From sequence record OR532817.1: a stretch of DNA of 64,000 nt, one strand, 5' to 3'. Position numbers and translations under genes: made by a program. Shown here in pieces: positions 8,666 to 17,820 of the stretch. Positions within the stretch are counted from its first letter, which is position 1. Each line of letters begins with the position of its first letter. Under the pieces are notes generated by a model. The model was given only the letters and a program-made list of their open reading frames with translations. It was not told the origin of the DNA and did not search any database.

Positions 8666-9157
8666 ATGTATACTGTCATTTTTGTATCACAGCCGTATAA
8701 TAATGAAGATGATTATTCAAAAAGTACAGATGGTTCTATGACAATCAAGAATTCAAATTCTAAATTGGAAACAAATAAGATTATCCATGAATTGATTAAT
8801 GATTATTATCATAAAGATAATAAAAACACAGCATTAAATCATTTAGATTATGGTGATTTCGGCCTGGTCGTATTACTTGATGGTTGTGTACTACAAGAAT
8901 TCAACATGAATGATATTGATTACAGTGATTTAACATCACCAATTGAAAGTAATGATTATTTTGACATTAAATCAATTGATAATAAAGTTTCCAAGAACAT
9001 TAGTAATATTAACAAATTTGCTCATGATTTTAAACTTGAAGAATCTAATACTTTCAGAAAGTTGAAAACTATGTATCAGGCGATTGAAATGGAGAAAAAT
9101 GAACGTAGACAACTTAGTATTTTATTAGAAAAATATCCAGATATGGGTGGTAGATAA
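8666..9157 (+). CDS. hypothetical protein
   Basis: GAGGA RBS, ATG 8666. Confidence 0.7.
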   Translation: MYTVIFVSQPYNNEDDYSKSTDGSMTIKNSNSKLETNKIIHELINDYYHKDNKNTALNHLDYGDFGLVVLLDGCVLQEFNMNDIDYSDLTSPIESNDYFDIKSIDNKVSKNISNINKFAHDFKLEESNTFRKLKTMYQAIEMEKNERRQLSILLEKYPDMGGR

Positions 9158-9483
9158 TGGCATTGCGTTCAATAAAGAAATATAGTGCAACAACAAAAAT
9201 AATCAAAAAAGATGGTTATGATTTAGTACTGAAACCTGAATATCAATATATTAAAAATGCTATCTTTGAAATGCCATATGGTGCTAAAAGAAGAAAAATC
9301 ATTCTTGATATGTTAAGAGAAGGTGTTGAATTTAAAGTTAATGGTATGCATGATATCCAAACCAAAAATGATCCAGATATTAAACGATTGTTGAAGTACA
9401 AGAAAATAGAGATGTTTAATGTGAGAAGTGGTTCATGGTCAGATCGTAGTAAACATACATACTTGAGGATTAAAAATGGATGA
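9157..9483 (+). CDS. hypothetical basic protein
   Basis: TAATG overlap. Confidence 0.7.
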   Translation: MALRSIKKYSATTKIIKKDGYDLVLKPEYQYIKNAIFEMPYGAKRRKIILDMLREGVEFKVNGMHDIQTKNDPDIKRLLKYKKIEMFNVRSGSWSDRSKHTYLRIKNG

Positions 9484-9646
9484 AAATGATTTAGAAATTT
9501 TATTAGCAAATAATCTAAGTATTGAGATCAGTACTGAAGATGATTCATATGAAGATATGGATGGTAATATTGTTCGTAGAAATCATATTACTGTTAGTAT
9601 TTTATACAAAGGAAAGGTAATAAGCACAGATATTAGTACTGTATAA
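9476..9646 (+). CDS. small hypothetical protein (56 aa, not in ORF track)
   Basis: GAGGA RBS; MDENDLEILL...STV fills the gap before tdk. Confidence 0.6.
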   Translation: MDENDLEILLANNLSIEISTEDDSYEDMDGNIVRRNHITVSILYKGKVISTDISTV

Positions 9647-9657
9647 GGAAATACAAA

Positions 9658-10233
9658 ATGAGTTTGATTTATACTTTCGCGGTGATGGCCGCGGGGAAAA
9701 GTACACAATTATTACAAAATGCATATAATCACAGTAAAAATGGATTAAAAGTACTGTATTATACAAGTTCATTAGATAATAGATATGGTGTAGGAAAAAT
9801 AACATCAAGAATTGGTATTAATGCAAATGCTGAGGTGATTCCAAAAGATGATCTTTCAGTACTGCAAAATATCATCGAACTGTTGAAGAAAGACGACTAC
9901 GTTGCTATTTTTGTTGATGAGTGTCAATTTTTGAATTCAAAACAGGTTGACTTTTTGAGTGATATCGTTGATAATTACGAAATAGACATTTATTGCTACG
10001 GCATTAAAACTGACTTTGAAGGTAAGTTGTTTGAAGGTAGCAAACGATTAATAGAAATTGCTGATTCCGTTAAAGAATTGGAAAATTTATGTGAAAATCA
10101 TAAATGTAAAAACTTAGCTATTATGAATGCTCGTATAGTCGATAGTACTGAACAAGTACTGATCGGCGGTTCTGAAGCATACAAAAGTTTATGTAGAAAG
10201 TGTTATAAAAATCATATTTCTAAAAGAGGTTAA
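9658..10233 (+). CDS. tdk: thymidine kinase
   Basis: AVMAAGKST Walker A, FVDECQF, YGIKTDF, IGGSEAYKSLCRKC. Confidence 0.95.
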   Translation: MSLIYTFAVMAAGKSTQLLQNAYNHSKNGLKVLYYTSSLDNRYGVGKITSRIGINANAEVIPKDDLSVLQNIIELLKKDDYVAIFVDECQFLNSKQVDFLSDIVDNYEIDIYCYGIKTDFEGKLFEGSKRLIEIADSVKELENLCENHKCKNLAIMNARIVDSTEQVLIGGSEAYKSLCRKCYKNHISKRG

Positions 10234-10237
10234 TGCA

Positions 10238-10465
10238 ATGAAAATCATTAAAAATATTTTCACTCGCGTTGGGGAAGGTATTGTTGAATCTTTTTCTTTT
10301 ATGTTTGGCACAGCCTGTAATTTAATTGCAGTACTGTGGTTTTCTTTGGCTTTACATTTTGTTCCAGTGTGGTTTATTGCTACAGTTATAATTGTGATTC
10401 TGTTAGTGGTAATTTATTTTACATATAAAGATGAACTCGATTCAATTAAAGAATCCGATGATTAA
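10238..10465 (+). CDS. small membrane protein
   Basis: two hydrophobic segments. Confidence 0.65.
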   Translation: MKIIKNIFTRVGEGIVESFSFMFGTACNLIAVLWFSLALHFVPVWFIATVIIVILLVVIYFTYKDELDSIKESDD

Positions 10466-10470
10466 TAACA

Positions 10471-10503
10471 AAAACTTCTCCTTTTGGGGAAGTTTTATTT
10501 TTA
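10471..10503 (+). terminator. intrinsic terminator
   Basis: AAAACTTCTCC/GGGGAAGTTTT + T tract. Confidence 0.7.
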
Positions 10504-10513
10504 AGGTACTAAT

Positions 10514-10978
10514 ATGTTAATTGCTTATTTTGTATTAATGCTCTTTACTTTAGTTATTGTAGTACTGGATGGCTCTTATATTGGTTTATTCGGTAAAACT
10601 ATCCAGAACTATCGTATCGCAGGAGCAGTAAATGATTCAGAATCAAGACGTGTATCATATCTATGTGCGAGAGCATTAAATCATGAAATTGATGTTAAAA
10701 TAATCGAAGATAAACATGAATCTTATCTGGTATTCAAAGATGAATTAGTATGTCTTGATATTACAGACCGATTGAGATGGACGTTCGGTAATAGAATGAA
10801 GATGAACAGTGTAACACAGGAAACTTTTATTAAAAAATGTGATAACGGAAGCAATAATTTGTCTATTAGTACAAAAAAAGATATTGAAGAAGTTATCCAG
10901 TACTGTAAAAATAATAATCTAATTGATTCTTATAAGAGTTACGTGTCAATTAGTGATGACCATTGGTGGTTTGAATGA
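10514..10978 (+). CDS. membrane-anchored hypothetical protein
   Basis: N-terminal TM helix. Confidence 0.7.
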   Translation: MLIAYFVLMLFTLVIVVLDGSYIGLFGKTIQNYRIAGAVNDSESRRVSYLCARALNHEIDVKIIEDKHESYLVFKDELVCLDITDRLRWTFGNRMKMNSVTQETFIKKCDNGSNNLSISTKKDIEEVIQYCKNNNLIDSYKSYVSISDDHWWFE

Positions 10979-11391
10979 GAGTACGTAAACACAAATTAAA
11001 ACACTATAACAAAATTATCAAAAAATATTATTTAATTGATGATGATTTTATACGTAAAATGTATCGTTCACTACATACCAGAGTATACCCCGACTGTGTA
11101 TTGAATGATAATAAAAAATACTACAATCCTGGTAAATCCAAGTACAAGAAAAAAGTAAAAAAAGAAAAATTTAAAACTAAGAATTCTTTTGAAAAATTTA
11201 TTCCAATGAGTAAAATATATGCATGGATACCAATCACTTATTACAATCCAGTCAAAAGAAGTAGAGTAAAAGATATATCCAATGGTTATATAATGTGCAG
11301 CCGAGTTGACCTGAATGAAATTCTTGGTACTGAATACGATGAAATGGATTTCCAAAATATGAATTTAATTTCATATTTTTCAGAGTGGTGA
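10975..11391 (+). CDS. hypothetical basic protein
   Basis: ATGA overlap; Lys-rich. Confidence 0.6.
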   Translation: MRVRKHKLKHYNKIIKKYYLIDDDFIRKMYRSLHTRVYPDCVLNDNKKYYNPGKSKYKKKVKKEKFKTKNSFEKFIPMSKIYAWIPITYYNPVKRSRVKDISNGYIMCSRVDLNEILGTEYDEMDFQNMNLISYFSEW

Positions 11392-11429
11392 TTTAATTTT
11401 TTTGGATATTTTTTATTAGGTGTGATATA

Positions 11430-11771
11430 ATGTATACAAATAAAGCACAAGTTGACACAATGTACTGGAATATTCATATTGCTGGGGATTTAGCAGCAGC
11501 GGAACGTTTTTGTACTGAATATGCATTTCAAAAAGGTTGGTGTACTCAGATTTATCCATGCAAGTACATTTATACTGGTGGTCAAGAGTCTGGTATCGTG
11601 GCTCGTATTATTTCTTATCCTCGTTTTGTGAAGAGTTTTGACATTCAGAACGATGAAGTTATTGATTTTGCCAAGAAATTAGCAGAACGTCTTTGTCAGA
11701 AAAGTTTTACAATTGAAAATAAAGATACCAGTACTTATTACGAAAGTGATAATCCACTACATGGAAAATAA
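11430..11771 (+). CDS. conserved phage protein
   Basis: YIYTGGQESG...YPRF motif; AGGTG RBS. Confidence 0.75.
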   Translation: MYTNKAQVDTMYWNIHIAGDLAAAERFCTEYAFQKGWCTQIYPCKYIYTGGQESGIVARIISYPRFVKSFDIQNDEVIDFAKKLAERLCQKSFTIENKDTSTYYESDNPLHGK

Positions 11772-12251
11772 ATGAAAGCTAAAATTACTTATACGTATGA
11801 ATTTGATCCATCAGAATCTGAGTTTTGGTCACATGAAACTGAACAAGATATGCTTAATGTATTAACTAGTAATGCTGAAGCTGGATTTCATAGAGTTCGT
11901 TTGAATCATGAATATCAACATAAAGTTTCTGATTTTAGTTATTCTATAAAACATGCTAAAAATACTTTTGATATAATTATTGAAAGTGAGTATCCGATTC
12001 ATCGTTGTGAAGAATTTCTTGAAGATTTCAGTGATGATTGTTTTGAAGATCTTATGTCACAATTTTCTGTGTATTATTCAAAACATAACGTTGAGATTAA
12101 AAATTGGATAGAAATACCTACTAAACCAGGAAAATGTTCTCACATTTATCAACACTTGCAATTTATGGCAGTTGGTGATAAAATACAAGAATTGAAGAAA
12201 TGTGAAAAGTGTGAAGAAGTCTTTACATTTGACGTTAAAAAAGGAAAATAG
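11772..12251 (+). CDS. hypothetical protein with C-terminal Zn-ribbon-like motif
   Basis: CSH...CEKC. Confidence 0.7.
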   Translation: MKAKITYTYEFDPSESEFWSHETEQDMLNVLTSNAEAGFHRVRLNHEYQHKVSDFSYSIKHAKNTFDIIIESEYPIHRCEEFLEDFSDDCFEDLMSQFSVYYSKHNVEIKNWIEIPTKPGKCSHIYQHLQFMAVGDKIQELKKCEKCEEVFTFDVKKGK

Positions 12252-12386
12252 ATGAAAGGATTACGAAATTTTACATATGCTACGTACATTGCAATACGTA
12301 CTAGTTACGAAATGAACCCAGTACTGACTATTGCACTTGGAACAGTTACTGTACTTTTTGTTTTGAGTATATTTGGGGTTATTTGA
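12252..12386 (+). CDS. small membrane protein (44 aa, not in ORF track)
   Basis: AAGGA RBS; MKGLRNF...LGTVTVLFVLSIFGVI. Confidence 0.55.
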   Translation: MKGLRNFTYATYIAIRTSYEMNPVLTIALGTVTVLFVLSIFGVI

Positions 12387-12388
12387 TA

Positions 12389-12595
12389 ATGTCTGTAAAA
12401 ATCAATGCTGATATTTATTGTAGTGGTGCACCGAACTATTTTATTTTTGCAGTAAGTACATCTTATGATAGTAAAGGTGATTCTTATACTTTGATTAATA
12501 ATACTCATTGGGTACGTACAAGTAACCCTATTGATATTTCCGAATTATCAAAATATTATAGTATTGGAAAAGACAGTATTTTTGTAAACAATTGA
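12389..12595 (+). CDS. hypothetical protein
   Basis: ATG 12389, coupled. Confidence 0.6.
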   Translation: MSVKINADIYCSGAPNYFIFAVSTSYDSKGDSYTLINNTHWVRTSNPIDISELSKYYSIGKDSIFVNN

Positions 12596-12605
12596 GGAAT
12601 ATTAC

Positions 12606-13013
12606 GTGATTTCATTGGAAGGTACATTACAATATGATCCACCAAGGACTATTAAAATCAATGAACCTTATTGGTTAGTACTAAACCTACCAGACGAAAT
12701 TATTAAGTACTACCAATGGTTTGTTCGTAAAGAACTATTCATTGATATTAAAGATCCTCCACACAGTGCTCATGTGAGCATAGTTCGTGGTGAAGTTCCT
12801 CCTAATATTGATATGTGGAAAAAATATGATGGGATGGAATTACATTTCCAATATTATCCATATATTACAATTAAAAAGGATGAGAAAAATCCAGGAAATT
12901 TTTTCTTTATTAACTTTTATTCTGATAAAATAATGAGCATCCGAGACGAACTGGGATTATATTCCAAATATTCCGAGTGGCATTTTACGATTGGTAGAAC
13001 TCACTACGACTAA
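12606..13013 (+). CDS. 2H phosphoesterase-fold protein
   Basis: two Hx(S/T) motifs: AHVSIV and WHFTIG; GAGGA RBS, GTG start. Confidence 0.7.
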   Translation: MISLEGTLQYDPPRTIKINEPYWLVLNLPDEIIKYYQWFVRKELFIDIKDPPHSAHVSIVRGEVPPNIDMWKKYDGMELHFQYYPYITIKKDEKNPGNFFFINFYSDKIMSIRDELGLYSKYSEWHFTIGRTHYD

Positions 13014-13020
13014 ATATAAT

Positions 13021-13054
13021 TTGACATTAAATGAAATCAGTATTAAAATACTGA
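13021..13054 (+). promoter_or_regulatory. sigma70 promoter with operator-like palindrome over -10
   Basis: TTGACA 13021-N17-TAAAAT 13044; TCAGTATT-AA-AATACTGA 13037-13054; TAAATA at 13011. Confidence 0.7.
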
Positions 13055-13069
13055 GATTGTTAAGTCCAT

Positions 13070-13112
13070 AGTGGCTTGATGCGGAAAAGCCACTTTCTGT
13101 ATCAAGCCTTTT
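13070..13112 (+). promoter_or_regulatory. two-state RNA structure in 5' leader
   Basis: AGTGGCTT/AAGCCACT (8 bp) versus GGCTTGATGC/GTATCAAGCC (10 bp) followed by TTTT. Confidence 0.5.
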
Positions 13113-13140
13113 ATTAAACAAAAAAGGAGAAATACAGAAC

Positions 13141-14043
13141 ATGGCGAAACATAACAGAAAAACCATCAAAAAGCTTATTCTTTTAAGTGGTTTAACTGTT
13201 CTTGCTGCCGCTACATTTGAATTTAACGCTTTTTCTAATAACGATCACTTATCATCGCAAAAGGTAAGTATACAGGAACCGCATATTCAGCAAATTCAAA
13301 AGCAAGTACTTAATATTACAGTACTTAACAGCGAGAATGAAAAATACACGGTACAGGCTGGTGATACATATAAAAGTATTTCCGTTAAATATAAGCCAAA
13401 AAACGTGAAACTATCCGAGTATATCACATTAATAAAAAATATTAATTTGAATGCTCCTATTAGAACTTCTCAAGTTATCCTCTTACCTAATAAAGAGGAT
13501 TTGCAGAGCATTATGACTGATGAGGTTATAAAATTCGATTATACAAACCCAAATTTTATTTCTCACTTAAAAGAACAAGAGGGATCAAAAAAATATCAAA
13601 GTACTACTAAACGTAGATTGTTAAATGGTACTTATGGTTATTCTTACAAAAACTCTAAGTTCTATCCATACAGAGATAGCTATGGTAATTACACCATAGG
13701 CTTCGGTCATTATATTTCTCGTAATGAATCAGTTGCAATGAAGTACAAAAATGGCATCAGTACTAAGGAAGCACATGATTTATTACTTGAAGATCTTAAA
13801 GTTACTGATTTACAATTAACCAAATTATTACAAGAAAAGAATGTTAAAAATTTGAGTCCATACCAAGAGAGGGTATTATTTGAAATGACATTTATGTTAG
13901 GTTCAGATAAATTGTCAAAATTCCATACAATGTGGAGTGGTATTAAAACTGGAAATCATAAAAAGGTTAAACAGGCTATTGTCAATTCATTGTGGTATCG
14001 TCAGGTACCAAATCGTGCTGAATTGCTCGTAAACAATCTTTAA
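13141..14043 (+). CDS. LysM-domain T4-lysozyme-like muramidase with N-terminal signal/anchor
   Basis: YTVQAGDT LysM; EG...YRDSYGNYTIGFGH; SLWYRQVPNRA C-terminus; AGGAG RBS. Confidence 0.85.
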   Translation: MAKHNRKTIKKLILLSGLTVLAAATFEFNAFSNNDHLSSQKVSIQEPHIQQIQKQVLNITVLNSENEKYTVQAGDTYKSISVKYKPKNVKLSEYITLIKNINLNAPIRTSQVILLPNKEDLQSIMTDEVIKFDYTNPNFISHLKEQEGSKKYQSTTKRRLLNGTYGYSYKNSKFYPYRDSYGNYTIGFGHYISRNESVAMKYKNGISTKEAHDLLLEDLKVTDLQLTKLLQEKNVKNLSPYQERVLFEMTFMLGSDKLSKFHTMWSGIKTGNHKKVKQAIVNSLWYRQVPNRAELLVNNL

Positions 14044-14060
14044 AACATTTTTTTTTGACA

Positions 14061-14090
14061 TTGACAACATTACAGATTGTGTGTTATAAT
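14061..14090 (+). promoter_or_regulatory. sigma70 early promoter
   Basis: TTGACA-N18-TATAAT with upstream T tract. Confidence 0.75.
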
Positions 14091-14116
14091 AAAGGGACTT
14101 TAAGAGTCCCTTTTTC
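14091..14116 (+). terminator. intrinsic terminator
   Basis: AAAGGGACT/AGTCCCTTT + T tract. Confidence 0.7.
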
Positions 14117-14130
14117 TATTTGGAAAATGT

Positions 14131-14583
14131 ATGCAAGAAACAATCAAATCTATTTCATTAAAAAATGAATTACAATCTGTACTTGATATTAAAGATATTC
14201 ATTACTATAGAAAAAGAGATAAAAATAATAAATTTAGTGCAGGATGGTTTAAAATAACAAAAAATACAAGTATTTGTCAGGCACGTTGTGGTGTGAATTA
14301 TGCTTCGTATCTTTGTATTGAAGTACGTTATCCAAACAGAGATGAATTAAAATTTAAGTTATACAATGATGCAATTGTATTGGAAGTGAGAAACGGGTTT
14401 ATTAATATTTTTACGTTTAAACATGTACAACATTGTAGATTTACACCTGATTTATCTTATGATATGTACCATCAATATATGTTCATTGAAGACCATTGGA
14501 ATTTATCATACGATGAGTATTCAGTACTGAACAAGATTTATAATAAATGTAAAGATCATTTATTGAAAGAAGAAAAAAGATGA
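14131..14583 (+). CDS. hypothetical protein
   Basis: 150-aa ORF. Confidence 0.7.
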   Translation: MQETIKSISLKNELQSVLDIKDIHYYRKRDKNNKFSAGWFKITKNTSICQARCGVNYASYLCIEVRYPNRDELKFKLYNDAIVLEVRNGFINIFTFKHVQHCRFTPDLSYDMYHQYMFIEDHWNLSYDEYSVLNKIYNKCKDHLLKEEKR

Positions 14584-14594
14584 AGGATTAAAAT

Positions 14595-15701
14595 ATGAAA
14601 AAATATCTAGTAGGTGGTTATTGTCGTGACCGTCTTATGGGGTTAAAACCAAAAGACAAAGATTATGTTATTGTTGGTGCTAATGAATCAGATATAAAAT
14701 ATCTGGAAAGTGCTGGGTATAAACAAGTTGGTGTTGATTTCCCTGTGTATCTTAGTCCAAAAGGTAATGAATTTGCATTAGCTCGTGTAGAAAGAAAAAC
14801 AGGGAATGGTTATGGTGGTTTTACAGTTGAAACAAAAGGTGTCACTCTTGAAGAAGACTTATCTCGTCGAGATTTGACAATTAATAGTATTGCATATGAA
14901 CCACTAATGGGAATCCACATTGACCCATTTAAAGGAAGAGATGATATTAAAAATAAAATCTTGCGTCATACAAGTTCAGCTTTTAGTGAAGATCCACTCC
15001 GTGTTCTAAGGCTTGCTCGTTTTGCTACACGTTTTCAGGATTTTACTATTCATTCTGATACTGAACAAATGGTAATTGATATGGTACAAAGTGGTGAAAC
15101 TGATTACTTGGTACCTGACCGAGTTTATGTTGAATTTAAAAAAGCATTTTCAGAAGAAAAACCAGGTCGATTTATTAAAGTATTAAATGATATTGGATAT
15201 ATTCCCAAAGTACTACCTAAGTTTAAATGTACTAAAAAGAACATCGAATTGATTGATTATATTTCGATGAATTGTACTGAACAATGGAAAGATTATTTCA
15301 TTTGGAGTGTACTACTACAGGATGAAATTACTAATATTGAATCTAAAATCCGTGTACCACAAAAATACATTAAATTTAGTTCTTTTGTAAACCGTATGAA
15401 GGACAATATTAAAACGTTTCGTAAGAAATCAGTAGAGGAAATGTGTGATATTCTCTTTGATATGAATATCAAAAATAACGGTGGTGAAGAGTTTTTATAT
15501 AAAGTACTGGAGTATTTTATTCTACGAAAAGAAATTGATGTAGACTTAGAAGACTTGATTATTAAAGTATATGACAGATATGATAGTACTGTCATTCCTG
15601 ATATTCAGGAAATGGTAAAAACTGGGGAACTTGATCCAAAAGACATTCGTGATTTTGTTCAAAATACACGCTATCATGAAATTAAAAAAATGTTTATCTG
15701 A
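14595..15701 (+). CDS. cca: class II tRNA nucleotidyltransferase (CCA-adding enzyme), no HD domain seen
   Basis: YLVGGYCRD..KDKDYV, ERKTGNGYGGF loop, EDLSRRDLTIN, EDPLRVLR. Confidence 0.92.
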   Translation: MKKYLVGGYCRDRLMGLKPKDKDYVIVGANESDIKYLESAGYKQVGVDFPVYLSPKGNEFALARVERKTGNGYGGFTVETKGVTLEEDLSRRDLTINSIAYEPLMGIHIDPFKGRDDIKNKILRHTSSAFSEDPLRVLRLARFATRFQDFTIHSDTEQMVIDMVQSGETDYLVPDRVYVEFKKAFSEEKPGRFIKVLNDIGYIPKVLPKFKCTKKNIELIDYISMNCTEQWKDYFIWSVLLQDEITNIESKIRVPQKYIKFSSFVNRMKDNIKTFRKKSVEEMCDILFDMNIKNNGGEEFLYKVLEYFILRKEIDVDLEDLIIKVYDRYDSTVIPDIQEMVKTGELDPKDIRDFVQNTRYHEIKKMFI

Positions 15702-15761
15702 ACGTAAGACCAAAAAAACGATATAATAAATACCACAACAGCAAGCAAAAAGGAACGTCTT

Positions 15762-16196
15762 ATGCTTTATAGTTGTGGTATTATATTTTACCAAAATGGA
15801 CAAATATTATTGGGTCATTGTACTGGTCAAAAACATTGGGATTTACCAAAAGGTAAAGCTGAAAACAATGAATCATTTGTTGAAGCAGCCATAAGAGAAT
15901 GCAAAGAAGAAACTGGATTTATTGTAAAAGAAAATGAATTAATTCTATTAGGAGAAGTATCCTACCGTAAAGGAAAAAGATTAGTATTATTTTTTTGTAC
16001 GTCAAAAATTAAACCAAATCCAGATGAGCTTCGATGTAGCACTACATATGTTAACAAACATGGTAAGAGAAGACCAGATATAGATTCGTACAAATATGTA
16101 GATCTAAAAGATTGTCCAAAATATTTAACACAAAGAATGTCTAAAAGTATTTTAAAATGTACAGAGATTTATAAGAAGAAAAGGGAATCGAAATGA
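15762..16196 (+). CDS. Nudix hydrolase (T4 NudE-like)
   Basis: WDLPKGKAENNESFVEAAIRECKEETG. Confidence 0.9.
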   Translation: MLYSCGIIFYQNGQILLGHCTGQKHWDLPKGKAENNESFVEAAIRECKEETGFIVKENELILLGEVSYRKGKRLVLFFCTSKIKPNPDELRCSTTYVNKHGKRRPDIDSYKYVDLKDCPKYLTQRMSKSILKCTEIYKKKRESK

Positions 16197-16441
16197 AAGT
16201 AACTATCTATGGTCGTAGTAGTGGTTGTAAGTGGTGTGATACCGCCAAAGCAGTATGTGAAACCAATGGTTTTGATATGACATTTATTGATATCGATAGT
16301 GAAGGTATTGATGCCAATAAACTTGCTGAAATCTGTGGTGAACAAGTACGCTCAGTTCCACAAATTTTTGTGAATGGTGAATTCGTGAAAGGTGGTTGTA
16401 CTGGTTTTGTTGAAGGTCTGAAAGAAGGTAAATTCATTTGA
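16193..16441 (+). CDS. glutaredoxin
   Basis: CKWC active site, SVPQIFVNG, GG. Confidence 0.92.
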   Translation: MKVTIYGRSSGCKWCDTAKAVCETNGFDMTFIDIDSEGIDANKLAEICGEQVRSVPQIFVNGEFVKGGCTGFVEGLKEGKFI

Positions 16442-16668
16442 ATATTGAAGAAATCTCTAAACGTGCAAAAGAAGTTGCAGAACAATTAGGAACTGATTTC
16501 GTTATTCCAGATTATAATGCATCTAAAGAAAAAGCCGAACGTAATATTAAAATGCGTATGGAATACTTGTCACGCAAAGAAGAATACGATAATGTAATTG
16601 AAATGATTTTTGAAAAATACAGTCCAGAAGTCATTAATTGTTTTATTAATGATATCAAGAAATCCTAA
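16438..16668 (+). CDS. hypothetical protein
   Basis: 76 aa, overlapping TTG start. Confidence 0.6.
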   Translation: MNIEEISKRAKEVAEQLGTDFVIPDYNASKEKAERNIKMRMEYLSRKEEYDNVIEMIFEKYSPEVINCFINDIKKS

Positions 16669-16716
16669 ATAATATTGAAGGAACATGATTCCTTTGTACA
16701 ATAAGAGGATATTACT

Positions 16717-16956
16717 ATGCTTAGTTTCCGTGAAAAATTAGCTAAAGGTATTTTTGAACACTCTACTCCTGCTACTTTTATTCCTAAAAAATCAAAATTC
16801 TTAGGAACAATTACAGAAGATGGTTATTGTGATTTTGAAGCACCAGAGAGTGATTGGTATCTTACTAAGGATTCAACACGAAGTAATAGACTTTATAAAA
16901 GTACACTAGCACGACAACATCGTAAAGAAGTGAAACGTATACGTTTCAAAGAATAA
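16717..16956 (+). CDS. small late protein, possible internal head protein
   Basis: TAAATA 16666, GAGGA RBS, own terminator; N-terminus MLSFRE...IFE. Confidence 0.65.
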   Translation: MLSFREKLAKGIFEHSTPATFIPKKSKFLGTITEDGYCDFEAPESDWYLTKDSTRSNRLYKSTLARQHRKEVKRIRFKE

Positions 16957-16961
16957 ATCAA

Positions 16962-16996
16962 AAAAGGACTTCAAACATTTGAAGTCCTTTTCTTTT
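16962..16996 (+). terminator. intrinsic terminator
   Basis: AAAAGGACTTCAAA/TTTGAAGTCCTTTT. Confidence 0.8.
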
Positions 16997-17007
16997 CAGG
17001 AAAATAT

Positions 17008-17487
17008 ATGATTCAGATACACAATGGTAATCTGTTTGAAAAATACATCACACTAAACACACCCCCAGACGCTCTACACATCATTGTACACGGTTGTAAC
17101 GCACAGGGTAAGATGGGATCAGGGTTTGCTAAAGAACTCCGCACACGCTTTCCAGTGGCTTATACGGAGTATTCAGAACACATATCAATGATTGGTACGG
17201 ATAATGTATTAGGTACTGTATCATATGTTGCCATTGATGAAAAGTTGATTATTGCAAATGCCATTACACAGCAGTACTATGGATATGATTCCAAAAAATA
17301 TGTAAGTTATGATGCAGTTGACACAGCGTTTAAAAATTTGAATGCATTTTGTGATTGTGATAAAATAATACATGTGCATTTCCCTAAGATTGGAGCCGAT
17401 TTAGGCGGAGGTAACTGGAACGTTATCAAGGAAATCATTGATGGTTCACTCATCAATGCACACAAACATTTATATATTCTAAATTAA
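17008..17487 (+). CDS. macrodomain ADP-ribose-processing protein (T4 Tk.4/Poa1-like)
   Basis: HGCNAQGKMGSGFA, PKIGADLGGGNW. Confidence 0.88.
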   Translation: MIQIHNGNLFEKYITLNTPPDALHIIVHGCNAQGKMGSGFAKELRTRFPVAYTEYSEHISMIGTDNVLGTVSYVAIDEKLIIANAITQQYYGYDSKKYVSYDAVDTAFKNLNAFCDCDKIIHVHFPKIGADLGGGNWNVIKEIIDGSLINAHKHLYILN

Positions 17488-17505
17488 AAAAAAGGACTTG
17501 ACACT

Positions 17506-17820
17506 ATGACTAAAAATGTTAAACTATTCCATGTAAATTCAGTTGGTCCAGTACTGGCAATCATCCAACAAGAAACCGCCGAGGCTATTGTTGTGAATGA
17601 CCCACTACAATTGGGTACAGATGAAAAAGGTGAACTAATGATGATGGATTATCTTGATATGATTACTGAACACAAAGCAGTTGTATTTTACAAAAACAAC
17701 ATCATTAGTGTGAGTACTCCAGTACCACAACTGGCTAAACTTTATGTTGAAGCAGTCAAGGGTGAAGAAGATTCTGCTCCTAAGCTAATCGTCCCTGACA
17801 ATAAAATTATCACACGTTAA
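17506..17820 (+). CDS. possible Sm-like-fold phage protein
   Basis: beta-rich pattern (IVVNDPL, VVFYKNNII) and KLIVP tail. Confidence 0.45.
   Translation: MTKNVKLFHVNSVGPVLAIIQQETAEAIVVNDPLQLGTDEKGELMMMDYLDMITEHKAVVFYKNNIISVSTPVPQLAKLYVEAVKGEEDSAPKLIVPDNKIITR

Noticed and set aside
10238-12386. Small membrane proteins (10238-10465, 12252-12386) as the holin
   Set aside because: No late promoter and no holin-specific features; hydrophobicity alone is insufficient
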